From NCBI GenBank assembly GCA_032718475.1, contig JAUCBJ010007809.1:22115-86114 (forward strand): a stretch of 64,000 nt of DNA, in the 5' to 3' direction. Positions 36,656 to 50,000 of this stretch are shown in pieces. Source of the DNA: Nemertoderma westbladi (lineage: Eukaryota > Animalia > Xenacoelomorpha). The notes under the pieces were generated by a model. It searched no databases. It saw only the letters and a list, made by a program, of their open reading frames with translations, and was not told where the DNA came from. How positions within the stretch are numbered: position 1 is the first letter of the stretch; every line of letters begins with the position of its first letter. The translations under genes were made by a program, and so were the position numbers.

Positions 36656-37200
36656 TGTGACGGGATCCAGATGGGATCCCGGTTTATCCGGTTTGTCAGT
36701 TCACGCGTCCCCGCTGTGTGTGAAGAGTAAAAGAGTTTCGGATGTTCGACGTGTATAATGTTTGGGTATATGGATGTAGATACGGTATAATGGTGGACAA
36801 AGTTATTGCATATGGAAGGCGGGAGACGGTAATTGAAATCCCGGTACTTCCCTAACTGAACTATTGTAAGCTACAGTAACACCAGTAACTAGCACTGAGA
36901 TAACTGAACTGGTATGATTACAGGTTACTGGTTATATTGCACGGTGGCCTTATTGCTACTCAATCGATGCCTTTCCCCCCTCCTGATTGGTTGATACCCT
37001 TGTTGGCGCCTTTGGAGTGATCCCCTTCACTCCACCTGTTCTCTCTGGGTTAGGGGTTTGGCCCCTGACCCTCATTGTGTGGTTCACCTTCCCATTTTGT
37101 TGGGGTGACACGAGTTGGTTATTACCCCAATCTCGTGGCCCCCAATATTGCTTATCGGCTTAACTTTTATGGGATGTTAGCGGGATTGAATAAGCTAACA
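36656..37200 (-). repeat. 5' LTR of the full-length Bel/Pao element
   Basis: Direct repeat of 22931-23475. On the - strand a TATA-like AATATAA lies ~30 nt before an initiator-like TCAGT. Confidence 0.97.
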
Positions 37201-39093
37201 AATATCTCACTCCAAGAGATAGAGAATCTTAAATGAAAGTCACAAGAACAGGTAACACTTACATTTATAGCAGTAATCAGCTGTTATATGCTACGTCTTT
37301 CTGCTGGAGATGGTTGAATTTTGATTGTGTCAGAACACCCCCTATCTGTGGCTGTCTGAGTGGAGAGATAAGTAACCTGTTTCCGTGTTAATATTGTTGT
37401 GTTCAAGAATATTTATTACAGTTTCATCGTATTGCCAAAGTGACTGGAGCTGAAGTTAACTAATGCAATAATTCACCTCAAATATCTCAGATATTTCATG
37501 AACATAATGAAGTATTAAAGCCATATCAAAATCACTGGTGTTTTTCTGCAATAATTTATCAAAATATCCTCTGATTTTTTTCAAAAACCATATCGATTTT
37601 CATATTTATAACTTCTATCCTATTCCACGAGATAGAAAATCTTAAATGAACGTCAAAAGAACAGGTAACACTTACATTTATAGAAGTAATCAGCTTTTAT
37701 TTGCTACGTCTTTCCGCTGGAGATGGATTAATTTTGATTGTGTCAGAACACCCCCTATCTGTGGCTTTCTGAGTGGAGAGATAAGTAGCCTATCTCCCTA
37801 TTAATATTGCTGGTTCTAGAATATTTATTATTGTTTCATCGTATTGCTAAAGTAGCTGGAGCTAAAGTTATTATGTAATGCAATAATTCACCTGAAATAT
37901 CACAGCTATTTCATGAACATAATGAAGTATTAAAGCCATGCCAATATACTTGGTGTTTTTCTGTAATAATTTATCAAAATATCCTCATATTTTTTAAAAA
38001 AAACATATCGATTTTAATATTTATAACTTCTAACCCACTCCACGAGATAGAGAATCTTAAATGAAAGTCAAAAGAACAGGTAACACTTACATTTATAGCA
38101 GTAATCAGCTGTTATATGCTACGTCTTTCCGCCAGAGATGGATGAATTTTGATTGTGTCAGAACACCCACTATCTGTGGCTTTCTGAGTGGAGAGATAAG
38201 TAGCCTATCTCCCTATTAATATTGTTGGGTTCTAGAATATTTTTTATAGTTTCATCGTATTGCCAAAGTGACTGAAGTTGAAGTTAACTCATAATACAAT
38301 AATTCACCTCAAATATCTCAGCTATTTCATGAACATAATGAAGTATTAAAGCCATGTCAAAATCCTTGGACTTTTTCTGCAATAATTTTTCAAAATATCC
38401 TCTGATTCTTTACTATAACCATATCCATTTTCATATTTATAACTTCTAACCCACTCCAAGAGATAGAGAATCTTAAATGAAAGTCACAAGAACAGGTAAC
38501 ACTTACATTTATAGCAGTAATCAGCTGTTATATGCTACGTCTTTCCGCTGAAGATGAATGAATTTTGATTGTGTCAGAACACCCCATATCTGTGGTTGTA
38601 TGAGTGGAGAGATAAGTAGCCTATCTCCCTATTAATATTGTTGTGTTATAGAATACTTGTTATTGTTTCATCGTATTGCTAAAGTGGCTGGAGCTAAAGT
38701 TATTATGTAATGCAATAATTCACCTCAAATATCTCAGCTATTTCATGAACATAATGAAGTATTAAAGCCATATCAAAATCACTGGTGTTTTTCTGCAATA
38801 TTTTATCAAAATATCCTCTGATTTTTTTCAAAAACCATATCGATTTTCATATTTATAACTTCTATCTCACTCCACGAGAGAGAGAATCTTAAATGAACGT
38901 CAAAAGAACAGGTAACACTTACATTTATAGAAGTAATAAGCTGTTATTTGCTACGTCTTTCCGCTGGAGATGGATGAATTTTGATTGTGTCAGAACACCG
39001 CCTTTCTGTGGCTTTCTGAGTGGAGAGATAAGTAGCCTATCTCCCTGTTAATATTGTGGTGTTCTAGAATATTTATTATAGTTTCATCGTATT
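37201..39093 (+). repeat. 417-bp satellite, + orientation
   Basis: About 4.5 monomers. Confidence 0.95.
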
Positions 39094-40321
39094 AGTGACG
39101 GAATCCACGGAGGATCCCGGTTTATCCGGTTGTTCCAATTATTCGTCCCCGCCGTGTGAGTGAAAAGTGTGAGATTAAGAGTTCTAATATTGTTGACGCT
39201 GTAGCAGTATAAATATAATAGGATAAGCACAAACACAGTTATTGCAGTATTGAATGAGATATAAAATATAAGTGAATGATGGCAGCAGTGGACGGTATTA
39301 GAGTCACCGCTCTGCCCTAACTAACCGACTAACAGAATGAGATGACTACTGAATGATAACATGGTAGCTGGTAATATATTGCACGGGTTGGCCGTATTGC
39401 ACTACCCAGCCGATGCCTTCCCCCCATTGGCTAATAACCCTGTTGTCGCCCTTTACTCTCTTCTCCCCCCGCTACTGTCACTCTCTCCCCTGGAGGTATA
39501 ACCTCTGACCCCCTTTGTGTGTGTCTCCTTTGGGGCCTATTGCCCCCGCTTATTGGGTGGCACGAGGTTGATTGGTAACCAACCTCGTGCTCCCAATATT
39601 GCCTAAAAAAAAAACTTTGTGTGGGCCTGGTTAACGGAATTGAATACGCTAACACCCCCCCCCCCCCCTAGTGCGCTACAATTCCGTTGGATCCCGATCT
39701 AACATCGGGTGTGGGGTGGAATTATTTTTCCGGAGCTGGCTTTCCAGGCCGCCCCCTATGGGTATGATATCGCTACCCTGTTTACCTGGCGTACCGTGTC
39801 GGGCCGATCGCGCGCTTCTCTCACACGACTTTTGTTTCCCCAACACTTTCGCCACTCCAACTCCACTCTGTTCTCACCCTGACTCTCCTCTACTTCTTCT
39901 TACTTCCGCTCTAACTTTCGGACTTCCCTGTCCCTCACTCAGCCTCTTATTCCTCCCCCCCCCCCACACTTGAATTGCACCCGCACTCTCCTTACGCTGT
40001 TACTCAACCCCTATCTCAGCCACTCACTCCTGACGAGCTTCACCCTCCTTCCGTGCCGTCGCACTCAAGAAGTGTGATGTCGTCCAGTGTCTCGTCCGTG
40101 ATAGTATTATAGTCTATTGGTCCCCAGTCCCAGTAGCTAATTGGAAAAAGGTTATACAACTATAGTACTTACTTCGATTGTATTTACTTGCTAAACTAAT
40201 AATGATTGCTACGTACTTACATACTAATTGCACTTTTCAATTATTTAGATTACTTGAATTTGTACTTAGGAGTTCGCACGTTTTGCGTGGTGCCTTCCAG
40301 GCATGTCACATCTCTAGTTCT

Positions 40322-42162
40322 CTAGTTTGTTCCGCTCGCCTTTGGGAACCACCTTAACTCTTTCCCTCTATCGTCTTCCTCCATTGGTCGTTTCCTGGCT
40401 GCTGCCGCTCCTTTGGTCTTGTCTGCTTTCAGGCTCCTGACCTTCGCCATCACCTCTTTACTAATCCCGGTCGTCGACTCCTTGGGAGCTGGTGTTATCA
40501 GTTCCCGGTATCGCTTCGTGGGTGGCCCCTCCGAGAGGCCCTGTTGTCTCCCCCTGGTGGTGTCCCATAGGATCATTTTCATCGCCCGCGGCACATGCTC
40601 CGCCAAGAAATCTCTGAACTCCCCTCGGTTCTGTGACGTCCACCTGTCCAAATACCTCTGCGTATTTATCACCCCGGCATACGACGCCGCCGTTGCTACC
40701 TCCTGATAGGTAAATGGAAGTCTTCGCTTAATAATCTCCAGGTGGGCCTCCTGATTAATATTGAAACCCCACCGGAACTCCTGGGCCTTCCTACGTTGCC
40801 GTGTCGTGGCACCGACGTCGGTCCACTCCTCGAAGATCCTAAACTTCTCTTCTTCGTCCATCCAGTCGCACTAGCGTCCGTAGTGCCCCCGAAAGTTACA
40901 CTTCAAACATCGGTTATGCAACCGTGGACACGCCCCCATCCTGTGACTTGACTCGTGGCAGTAGAGACAACTAGTTCCTTTCTGGAACCGGTACAAACAG
41001 CTCCTTTCCTGGTGGGTTTGCCTCCCACAGTAATCGCAGCCGAGCACCCATGTCTCCCGCCCCAAGCGATCTCCGCGGTCTGTGGAGTCGCTGACGAGCG
41101 AATTTCTGGATGTTAGTGTCCCTGCCCACGTCGATCTCCTTGCCCCTCACGGGCATCGTCTCCCCGAATACTACCCGTGGTGCCATCCCCGGTTGTTCAC
41201 CCAATCTGATGGTGCTCCCCACAAAATCCATCGCCGGCTCCTAATGCACCCAGGCCCGCTTGCCGGGTCTATCCCAGAAGGCTCTCACCCCACTGGCCGT
41301 CACCACCCTCCCGCCAACCAAGTCTGTGTCCAAGTGGCCCAACCTCCCGATGGGCGGCATCTCTCCGAACTCGTCGTCATCCTCGTCCTCCTCCGGAAGT
41401 GGCTCCAACCCCGGTATCTTAGTGGATCCACTGTGTCCCTTCCCACCTTGGCTTCCTCGCCTTCCCACAGCTCCGCAATGGCCTGTGTTCTCGACTAGTC
41501 CCAAACCGTCTGGTGCTGTCATAGCCATGACGACCGTCTGCATGTCTAGGAGGTTGGGGTGTCCAGACCGATGATTCTCTCCGCGTCATTGCGAATTGCC
41601 GATCCCACTTTCGTCGTCGACTTCTCTCTCACTAGGACTTGCACCGCCCTCGGCAGCCGGTTTAACTTCGGCCCGTCCTTCTTCCCATACGTTCCCAGGT
41701 CAAATAGGAAAATATCCCCATTTGGCGCAGCTAAGTGTAGGAGTATGGTTCTGGCCGATCCCGCCGACCCTCCTCGTCTTCTACGGTCCCTTCGTCGTCT
41801 AGGATCATGTATCCTCCCTTGTTGACGGACTCTATGAACCTCTTCCAATCTTTCCTCGGCGACTCTCTCGCGTACTTCGGAATCCCGAACTTCGCCTTGT
41901 CTCCTTTCACCACGTAGTGGAAATGCTCGAAGATCACGTTGTCCAGCGACGGCGTCCCGTAGGTCCCGACCAGCCGCTGTTCGTGCACCTCCCTAAAGTG
42001 GTCCTGTAGCGCTCGTGCTGCGTGACCCTTTTCTAACCACTCGTAGTATCCCCTTGTCCTCTCTTCCGGATGCCTCTTGGTGAAATCCACCAGTATCTCC
42101 TTTCCTCCTGACTCCGCCTTTCTCTTTCTGATCAGCTTCCCTGCCATTTCGAACTCTCTCAC
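40322..42162 (-). pseudogene. Bel/Pao ORF2: DEDD 3'-5' exonuclease-like domain, 3 CCHC knuckles and a C-terminal domain (frameshifted)
   Basis: YMILDDEG / LLHLAAPNGDIFLFDL / KVGSAIRNDAERI / NLLDMQ across three frames; CX2CX4HX4C three times. Confidence 0.7.
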
Positions 42163-42278
42163 TCGCTCTGTTATTTTTTTTTTATTTTTTTTTATTTTGT
42201 GTGGGAAGGGCGTCTCGCCCTCAATCCCACCCCCCTCAGTCCAAGACTTGGAAGACTAAACACCTCTCTTACTCTATT

Positions 42279-44734
42279 CTAAGGTGCCCCCTCTAGAAGA
42301 CAGCACTTCCCTACAGCCCTCCTGTAGGTCTTCCTGTCTTTCGCACCTATCTTGCCACCTATCTGCACTTCTACCAATCGGAATCTTCCATCCTCATCGG
42401 GGTAAGTGCCTACAACTCTCGCCAACCGCCACTGGTTGTTGATGATAGTATCATCCATGACGATCACGAGATCACCCTCTGTCTCTCTCTGTTCGTGCTC
42501 CTCCACTTATTTCGTCTGTGGAGCGTCTAGTGACTCCGGGTCATCATTCTCTGGATATAGCGGTCTGCTATTAATCATACCCTCACACTTTGCAAGTACT
42601 GTCCTTAGTATGTCCTCCGTAACCATGTGGGTGTTCATCAACTTTGTTATTAGGTGCTTGGAACTACCCAGTAGTCTCTCAACGCACTCTAGGGTATGCG
42701 TGGCATACGGCGTCCTCCTCTGCCACTTTACTTGTCGTCGTCTCATGGCTGCCCTGACTTCCTCCCCTTCCAGGATATCCAAGGCCTCTGCCATCTCGTT
42801 CTCCGCCCCCACAAAGTTGTTGACGCTGTCAGAATATATTACCGCCACCGTCCCACCTTTGCGTTCTCTAAACCTTTCTAGAGCATTAATGAATGCTGAT
42901 GTGGTTGCATCTTGGGCAAGTTCTATCCCTACCGCCCGCGTGTTATTACATACGAAGATTATACCGTAGCGTTTCTCCGTGTACTGCATCACCTTAATCG
43001 TTATCGGCCCGAACATGTCCACACCGCAATGCGTAAATGGCGGGTCGTGCTGTCTTACTCCACTCTAGTGGTGCCATCTCCTGTATGCTCTCTCCTTCTT
43101 CGCTCGTCGGCAGGTCTGGCACTGCCCCACTACCGCCTTTACCTTCTTCCTCAACTGTTTGACCCAAAAGGTCCTCCGTATCTCCATGAGGGTTCGGTTG
43201 GTGCCCCCGTGCAATATCGACTTGTGGGAGTCCCAGATATTCTGGTGGACTATTGGCGATCCTGAGGGGATGATGATGGGCTTCAGTGGTACGACGATAC
43301 TGTTGATGTATCCCACCGTGGAGTTCATTACTAGAATCCCGTCATCATTAAGTTGTGGTGACAGCGTGATCAGCTCGCTGTCCCATCGGAGATGCTGTTG
43401 TTTACCGACGCGTTCCACCTCGTCCCCGTAGTTCTTCCTTTGCTCATAGCGGATGATTGCTTTGGCCGCCCCTTCTAGATCGATTGTTGTTTTAACTTTT
43501 ACGTCCCTGTCGACTCCCATGAGGAAATCCCAGAAGGCTCTCCAGTATGCCACTAATTTATTGGTCTTGTACCAACTAGAACTGTAGCTAAAGAGTTTAT
43601 CCGTTGGGTTATCGCACAGTTCTCCTGGTTTTGGTTGCACGTCCCTTATCTCCCTCACCATCTGGGAGTATATCTCTTCTCCCTCTGAACCTTCCTCTTC
43701 TCCCTCTAATGCTGCTTCTCCTGAGCCCAGGTCCACCTTTCTCATCGGCGGCCAGGCCTCCTTATCGTTCAGAAACTGAGGTCCGTGTTGCCACAGTACT
43801 TCCTTCTTCAAGAAAGTGTGGCGTGCCACGCCCCTCAATAACAAGTCCGCTGGGTTCTCGTCTGTTGGGCAGTAGTGCCACCTTTCTAGTTCTGTAGTCG
43901 CCCTTATTTCGTCCACCCTATTTGTGACGAATATAGGGTATCTCGTCCTCTCGTTATGTAGCCAACCAAGCATTACCATGGAGTCCGCCCAGTAGTGTGT
44001 TTCCACTATGTTAGGAATAGTGTCCATTATGTAGGCTGTGGCCCTAACTCCTAGCCTCGCAGCTGTTAACTCGAGTTTCGGAACCGATGCTGAATCTGGT
44101 GGCGTCGACTTCGCCTTGCTGAAGGCGAGTCTGGGGTTGTGGGCCCCCTCTTGTTGTACTAAATAGAGTGCCGCTCCGTATGCCTCTAGTGACGCATCGG
44201 AGAACATGTGCAGATCCAGATTTGTCATGTCCCCATCCGGGAAATACACTCGTGGCATGTTGTATGTTCCCATTTGCTCCAAACTTTCTGTCCACTTGCA
44301 CCACTGTTTCTTGCTGTTTCTTGATCTCCTCTGGTACCTCTATGCCCCACTCGTCCTTTAGTTTGTATACTCTCTTGAGTATCTGCTTCCCCGTGACTAA
44401 TAATGGGGATGCTAGGCCTAAGGGATCGTATATCCTCGCTATGTACGACACATAGCCCCTTTTTGTGTGGATGTCTGCGCCCTCCTGGCTTAACTGGTAC
44501 TTTAGCTTGTCCATCTCTCTATTCCACACGATCCCTAGTGCCTTCTGTTGGGACTCTAAACGTTTGGTCGCCATGTCCTGCCCCTTAGCTATCGTGGGGT
44601 TATCCATGGTCGATCCTGGTCTCTCATCTTTTATCGCCTTGATAAATTCCTTCGAACTGGATTGCAATTTGGTTAGGTTAAAGCCGGATCCTTTAAGGAT
44701 GTTGCAAACCTCGCGCCCTGTGTCCAGTAGCTAC
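42279..44734 (-). pseudogene. Bel/Pao pol pseudogene (RT end, RNase H, integrase)
   Basis: ORFs 44044-44667, 43065-44282, 42507-43022 and 42279-42506 are homologous to the intact polyprotein. Confidence 0.92.
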
Positions 44735-47054
44735 TGATAACTGCTATAAATTAAGTGTTACCTGTTCGTTTGACTTTCATTTAAGATTCTCTATCACGTG
44801 GAGTGGGTTAGAAGTTATAAATATTAAAATCGATATGGTTATAGTAAAGAATCAGAGGATATTTTGATAAATTATTGCAGAAAAATACCAAGGATTTTGA
44901 CATGGCTTTAATACTTCATTATGTTCATGAAATAGCTGAGATATTTGATATCTGTTCTTTTGACGTTCATTTAAGATTCTCTATCTCGTGGAGTTGGATA
45001 GAAGTTATATATATGAAAATCGATATGGTTTTTGAAAAAAATCAGAGGATATTTTGACAAATTATTGCAGAAAAACACCAATGATTTTGACATGGCTTTA
45101 ATACTTCATTATGTTCATGAAATAGCTGAGATATTTGAGGTGAATTATTGCATTACATAATAACTTTAACTCCAGCCACTTTAGCAATACGATGAATCAA
45201 TAATAAATATTCTAGAACACAGCAATATTAATAGGGAGATAGGCTACTTATCTCTCCACGCATACAACCACAGATAGGGGGTGTTCTGACACAATCAAAA
45301 TTCATTCATCTTCAGCGGAAAGACGTAGCAAATAACAGCTGATTACTTCTATAAATGTAAGTGTTACCTGTTCTTTTGACTTTCATTTTAGATTCTCTAT
45401 CTCGTGGAGTGGGTTAGAAGATATAAATAAGAAAATCGATATGGTTTTTAAAAAAAATATGAGGATATTTTGATAAATTATTACAGAAAAACACCAAGTA
45501 TTTTGACATGGCTTTGATACTTCATTATGTTCATGAAATAGCTGTGATATTTGAGGTGAATTATTGCATTACATAATAACTTTAGCTCCAGCCACTTTAG
45601 CAATACGATGAAACTATAATAAATATTCTAGAACACAACAATATTAACAGGGAGATAGGCTACTTATCTCTCCACTTAGACAGCCACAGAAAAGCGGTGT
45701 TCTGACACAATCAAAATTCATCCATCTCCAGCGGAAAGACGTAGCATATAACAGCTGATTACTGCTATAAATGTAAGTGTTACCTGTTCTTGTGACTTTC
45801 ATTTAAGATTCTCTATCTCTTGGAGTGGGTTAGAAGTTATAAATATGAAAATCGATATGGTTTTTGAAAAAAATCAGAGGATATTTTGATAAATTATTGC
45901 AGAAAAACACCAATGATTTTGACATGGCTTTAATACTTCATTATGTTCATGAAATAGCTGAGATATTTGAGGTAAATTATTGCATTACATAATAACTTTA
46001 GCTCCAGCCACTTTAGCAATACGATGAAACAATAATAAATATTCTAGAACACAACAATATTAACACGGAAATAGGATACTTATCTCTCCACTTAGACAGC
46101 CACAGAAAAGCGGTGTTCTGACACAATCAAAATTCATCCATCTCCAGCGGAAAGACGTAGCATATAACAGCTTATTACTGCTATAAATGTAAGTGTTACC
46201 TGTTCTTGTGACTTTCATTTAAGATTCTCTATCTCTTGGAGTGGGTTAGAAGTTATAAATATGAAAATCGATATGGTTATAGTAAAGAATCAGAGGATAT
46301 TTTGATAAATTATTGCAGAAAAACACCAGTGATTTTGACATGGCTTTAATACTTCATTATATTCATGAAATAGCTGAGATATTTGAGATGAATTATTGCA
46401 TTACATAATAACTTTAGCTCCAGCCACTTTAGCAATACGATGAATCAATAATAAATATTCTAGAACACAGCAATATTAATAGGGAGATAGGCTACGTATC
46501 TCTCCACGCATACAACCACAGATAGGGGGTGTTCTGACACAATCAAAATTCATTCATCTTCAGCGGAAAGACGTAGCAAATAACAGCTGATTACTTCTAT
46601 AAATGTAAGTGTTACCTGTTCTTTTGACTTTAATTTAAGATTCTCTATCTCGTGGAGTGGGTTAGAAGATATAAATGAGAAAATCAATATGATTTTTAAA
46701 AAAAATATGAGGATATTTTGATAAATTATTACAGAAAAACACCAAGTATTTTGACATGGCTTTAATACTTCATTATGTTCATGAAATAGCTGTGATATTT
46801 GAGGTGAATTATTGCATTACATAATAACTTTAGCTCCAGCCACTTTAGAAATACGATGAAACTATAATAAATGTTCTAGAACACAACAATATTAACAGGG
46901 AGATAGGCTACTTATCTCTCCACTCATAAAACCACAGATAGGGGGTGTTCAAATGCAATCAAAATTCATCCATCTCCAGTGGAAAGACGTAGCAAATAAC
47001 AGCTGATTACTGCTATAAATGTAAGTGTTACCTGTTCTTTTGACGTTCATTTAA

Positions 47055-50000
47055 GGGGGGGGGTTCACTAATTGACCTTCAAATGTAATTTTCTTGTGGT
47101 GGTAGTTTACATTTGTCCAGTTTGTTAGATATTATGTATAACTGTGAAGGATAGATAAAATTTTTTTTTTTTTTAATTTTTTTTTCCAAATTCGAATTTT
47201 TTGCCTAATTAGCATAATTTATGCAAAAATAATTCAAAATGTAAAGGATATTTTATGGGTGGATCTCTGATGTCCAAATTTTGAGAACACATAGCCAATG
47301 GGATCCTCTACAAGTTGTATTCACAAAATTTTGATATCTTGTATCGTTCAAAAGTTATTTGGGAAAAATTAAATTTGAGCCACCAATTTGGCAATTTTAA
47401 CCAAATTTGGGTAGTTTTTGTTGAATTTTGGTGTATATTTCGGCCACTAATAACTTTAAACAAAATCTGTGAATACAAACTGTGGAGAGAAGTATTATGA
47501 TCACCCCTGCCAAATTTCAGCACCGTACGATTATTTTTGCCAAAGCCTTTGCATTTTGAAATTTAAAAAGTTGATTTCTTTTAAAACGCATTTGAAATAT
47601 GAGAAGCAAAATTTCAGTAAAAATTGTTTTTCTCAAGACAAACTTTGTTCTAACTTTTGAACGGATGGTTGGATTTTGATCATTCAAACGGTTTTAGATT
47701 CAACATTGCAAGCAGATAAGATGAAAAGCATAAAATATTAATTTGCATTACATAAAACGTGAGGGCCTCTTCTACCATTAAAATTGTCTGTCATTGCGTC
47801 CGTTCATGTGATTCCGTCCATCTGTCCGCAATTACTTACTACCTATGATCTCTACAACTATACGTCTGAGAGAGCTGGGATGTTGGCTACCCCCACTAAA
47901 CCGATGCTTGCGAAGGTTTTAGGCTATATAAAATATATTTATGAGTAGGCCTAATATATTTACAGTTTTCAAACATTTCAACTGCTGTACCTTGAGTATG
48001 AGCAACTATGCAAAAATTGCTAATATAATTTCAATGAGTTGAGTATAGGTAATACAACAACAAAACTTTCAGTTTACAACTATCAGTATACTAAAATCCT
48101 CCAGGGGAATAGTCAGCCTTGTCGGTCACAATCCGTTTCTTCGATGACGGTTTCCTTGTGGCACTCTTTCGTTGTCTCTTCATATTCTTTTCTGATACGC
48201 GTTGTTCTAGAATCCCGTCATCTTCTTCGAGATTGAGTTTTCTCAAAATGAGCTGCTCTGATGATGCCCCACGGTTGTGTTCTAACACTGTATACGCCAC
48301 GTGGAACATCAGTGTGGTCAGGCCGACAAATTTGTCCTTCGTACACCGAGTCCAAAGTCGCGAATGAAGTGACTCATTCCGGTTTTGAGTGGCACCCGGT
48401 ATGCACCGTGATATTAGATCATACGATGCAAGTCGTTCATATAATGGGAGGATATATACCAAGTCGCATTGCTTGATAATCGAGGGAGCCTTGTATTTGC
48501 GGTCGCCATTCTTATATTTACACCATTTATCAATGGGACACTTCCTGTGCCGTTTTGCAATTGAGGATCCATAGTCACAGTAGTGGTGTACTGCAGCAAC
48601 TATCTCAGTTTGAATGGTTTTTATCAGTTTATTTTTATCTCTAGCAGATATATTCTTTATATCAACTCCCTTGATGTTAGACACTACAGTGTTACGATAA
48701 TATGATGCCAGCTGGGTACATCTAACTAGTGTTAACCCACCCTTACCTCCGAGTTTATTATCTTTTCGAATCTTGGATAATCCTTTATACACTCGTTTTG
48801 AGATGTGATTTAGACACTCTCGCTTTTCTACAGTTATTGCTTCAGCCTGATACGGATTAGCTTCCAGAATACTTTTCATTACGCTACTGTCTCCATCTGA
48901 TATTATTTGAGCATATATCAAATTGTTATTTTCAACAGAGCGGTTGAAGAGCTTTACAGCCAGATAAGGCTCCATCGAACCACTAGATCCACTATAAGTA
49001 ATCCCGCAATCATGATCTGCCACATTGTCAGCAGAACAACCTGAGTTCTCAGAAGTATCTGAATCATCATCAACTGGAGAACCTGAGCTGTCAGAATCAT
49101 CTGAGTCATCATCAATAGGAGAACCTGAGCTGTCAGAATCATCTGAGTCATCATCAATAGGAGAACCTGAGCTGTCAGAATCATCTGAGTCACTAGAATC
49201 TTCAGTATTGTCATCATCATCTGTACTGTTACGTTTTCTTGAGCTGCATACGTTGCAGTACTTTGAACATACATCAAAGTCTAGGATATGTCCAGTTTCT
49301 TCCGATATTATAAAGGAAACGCCATAGAGTGACTTATGACCACGACGCATCCACGTCCCATCAAATGAAATAGCAATTTCCCTATTTGTCTCCATCAGTG
49401 CGCAGTTACGAGCATTGGCGCGGGCAATAGCAACCGTAATGTTGGAAATAGTTTTCACATGTTTCATCCAAGGCATCTTACCAATTGGTGATGGCAAACT
49501 CATGAGCCGGGAAAAGGTTTTAGCCTGTCCTTGTGTGCCCCCAACGCATAGCCAGGCCAACACGGATCGGAGGTTTATATCTGCAGTTTTTCGCCCTTTA
49601 GTTCCTACTGGTGCCGGGCATTTGTTCCCTGTGTCTAGTGTCTTTTCCCATCCACAGAAATTGCAATGTGCTTTGTAACTAGAATAATAACCGGAGCAGA
49701 TAACCGGAGAGATGGAAACATCACTTGAATCACATTTGGTATGGCTTGAAATTATCAAGTCCTTCAAACATTCCTTACTAATGAATGTGTAGCCGCTAAA
49801 TTTTCCTTGAGAAGGTATAGTTTGCAACTTAGCTGCTATCCATGATGGTTGGTGTTTCTTCGCAACTTCAGATGAATGCGTGCCAAGGAATCCTGACCGC
49901 TTTCGCTTGCCATATTTTGGCATAATATTATGGTTTCTGCAGTTCTATACAGCAGCAGACAGGCTGAATCACAGATTGTTTGTAGGCCTACTGGTACCCA

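Larger units (their letters stand above)
22931..37200 (-). mobile_element. Full-length Bel/Pao LTR retrotransposon (family B), 14.27 kb
   Basis: Two 545-bp LTRs with about 3 differences by eye, TSD AATAT (22926-22930 and 37201-37205), G-rich PPT at 23476-23484 on the - strand, and gag-PR-RT-RH-IN order. Confidence 0.97.
39094..44734 (-). mobile_element. Truncated Bel/Pao element (family C, copy 3): RNase H-integrase pseudogene, ORF2, PPT and 3' LTR (39094-39654)
   Basis: Inverted near-copy of 11705-19371 with the same lesions and the same satellite flank. Confidence 0.92.

Noticed and set aside
40322-42162. env gene in the third-ORF position
   Set aside because: No signal peptide, TM helix or fusion-protein pattern is visible; it has nuclease-like and CCHC motifs instead.
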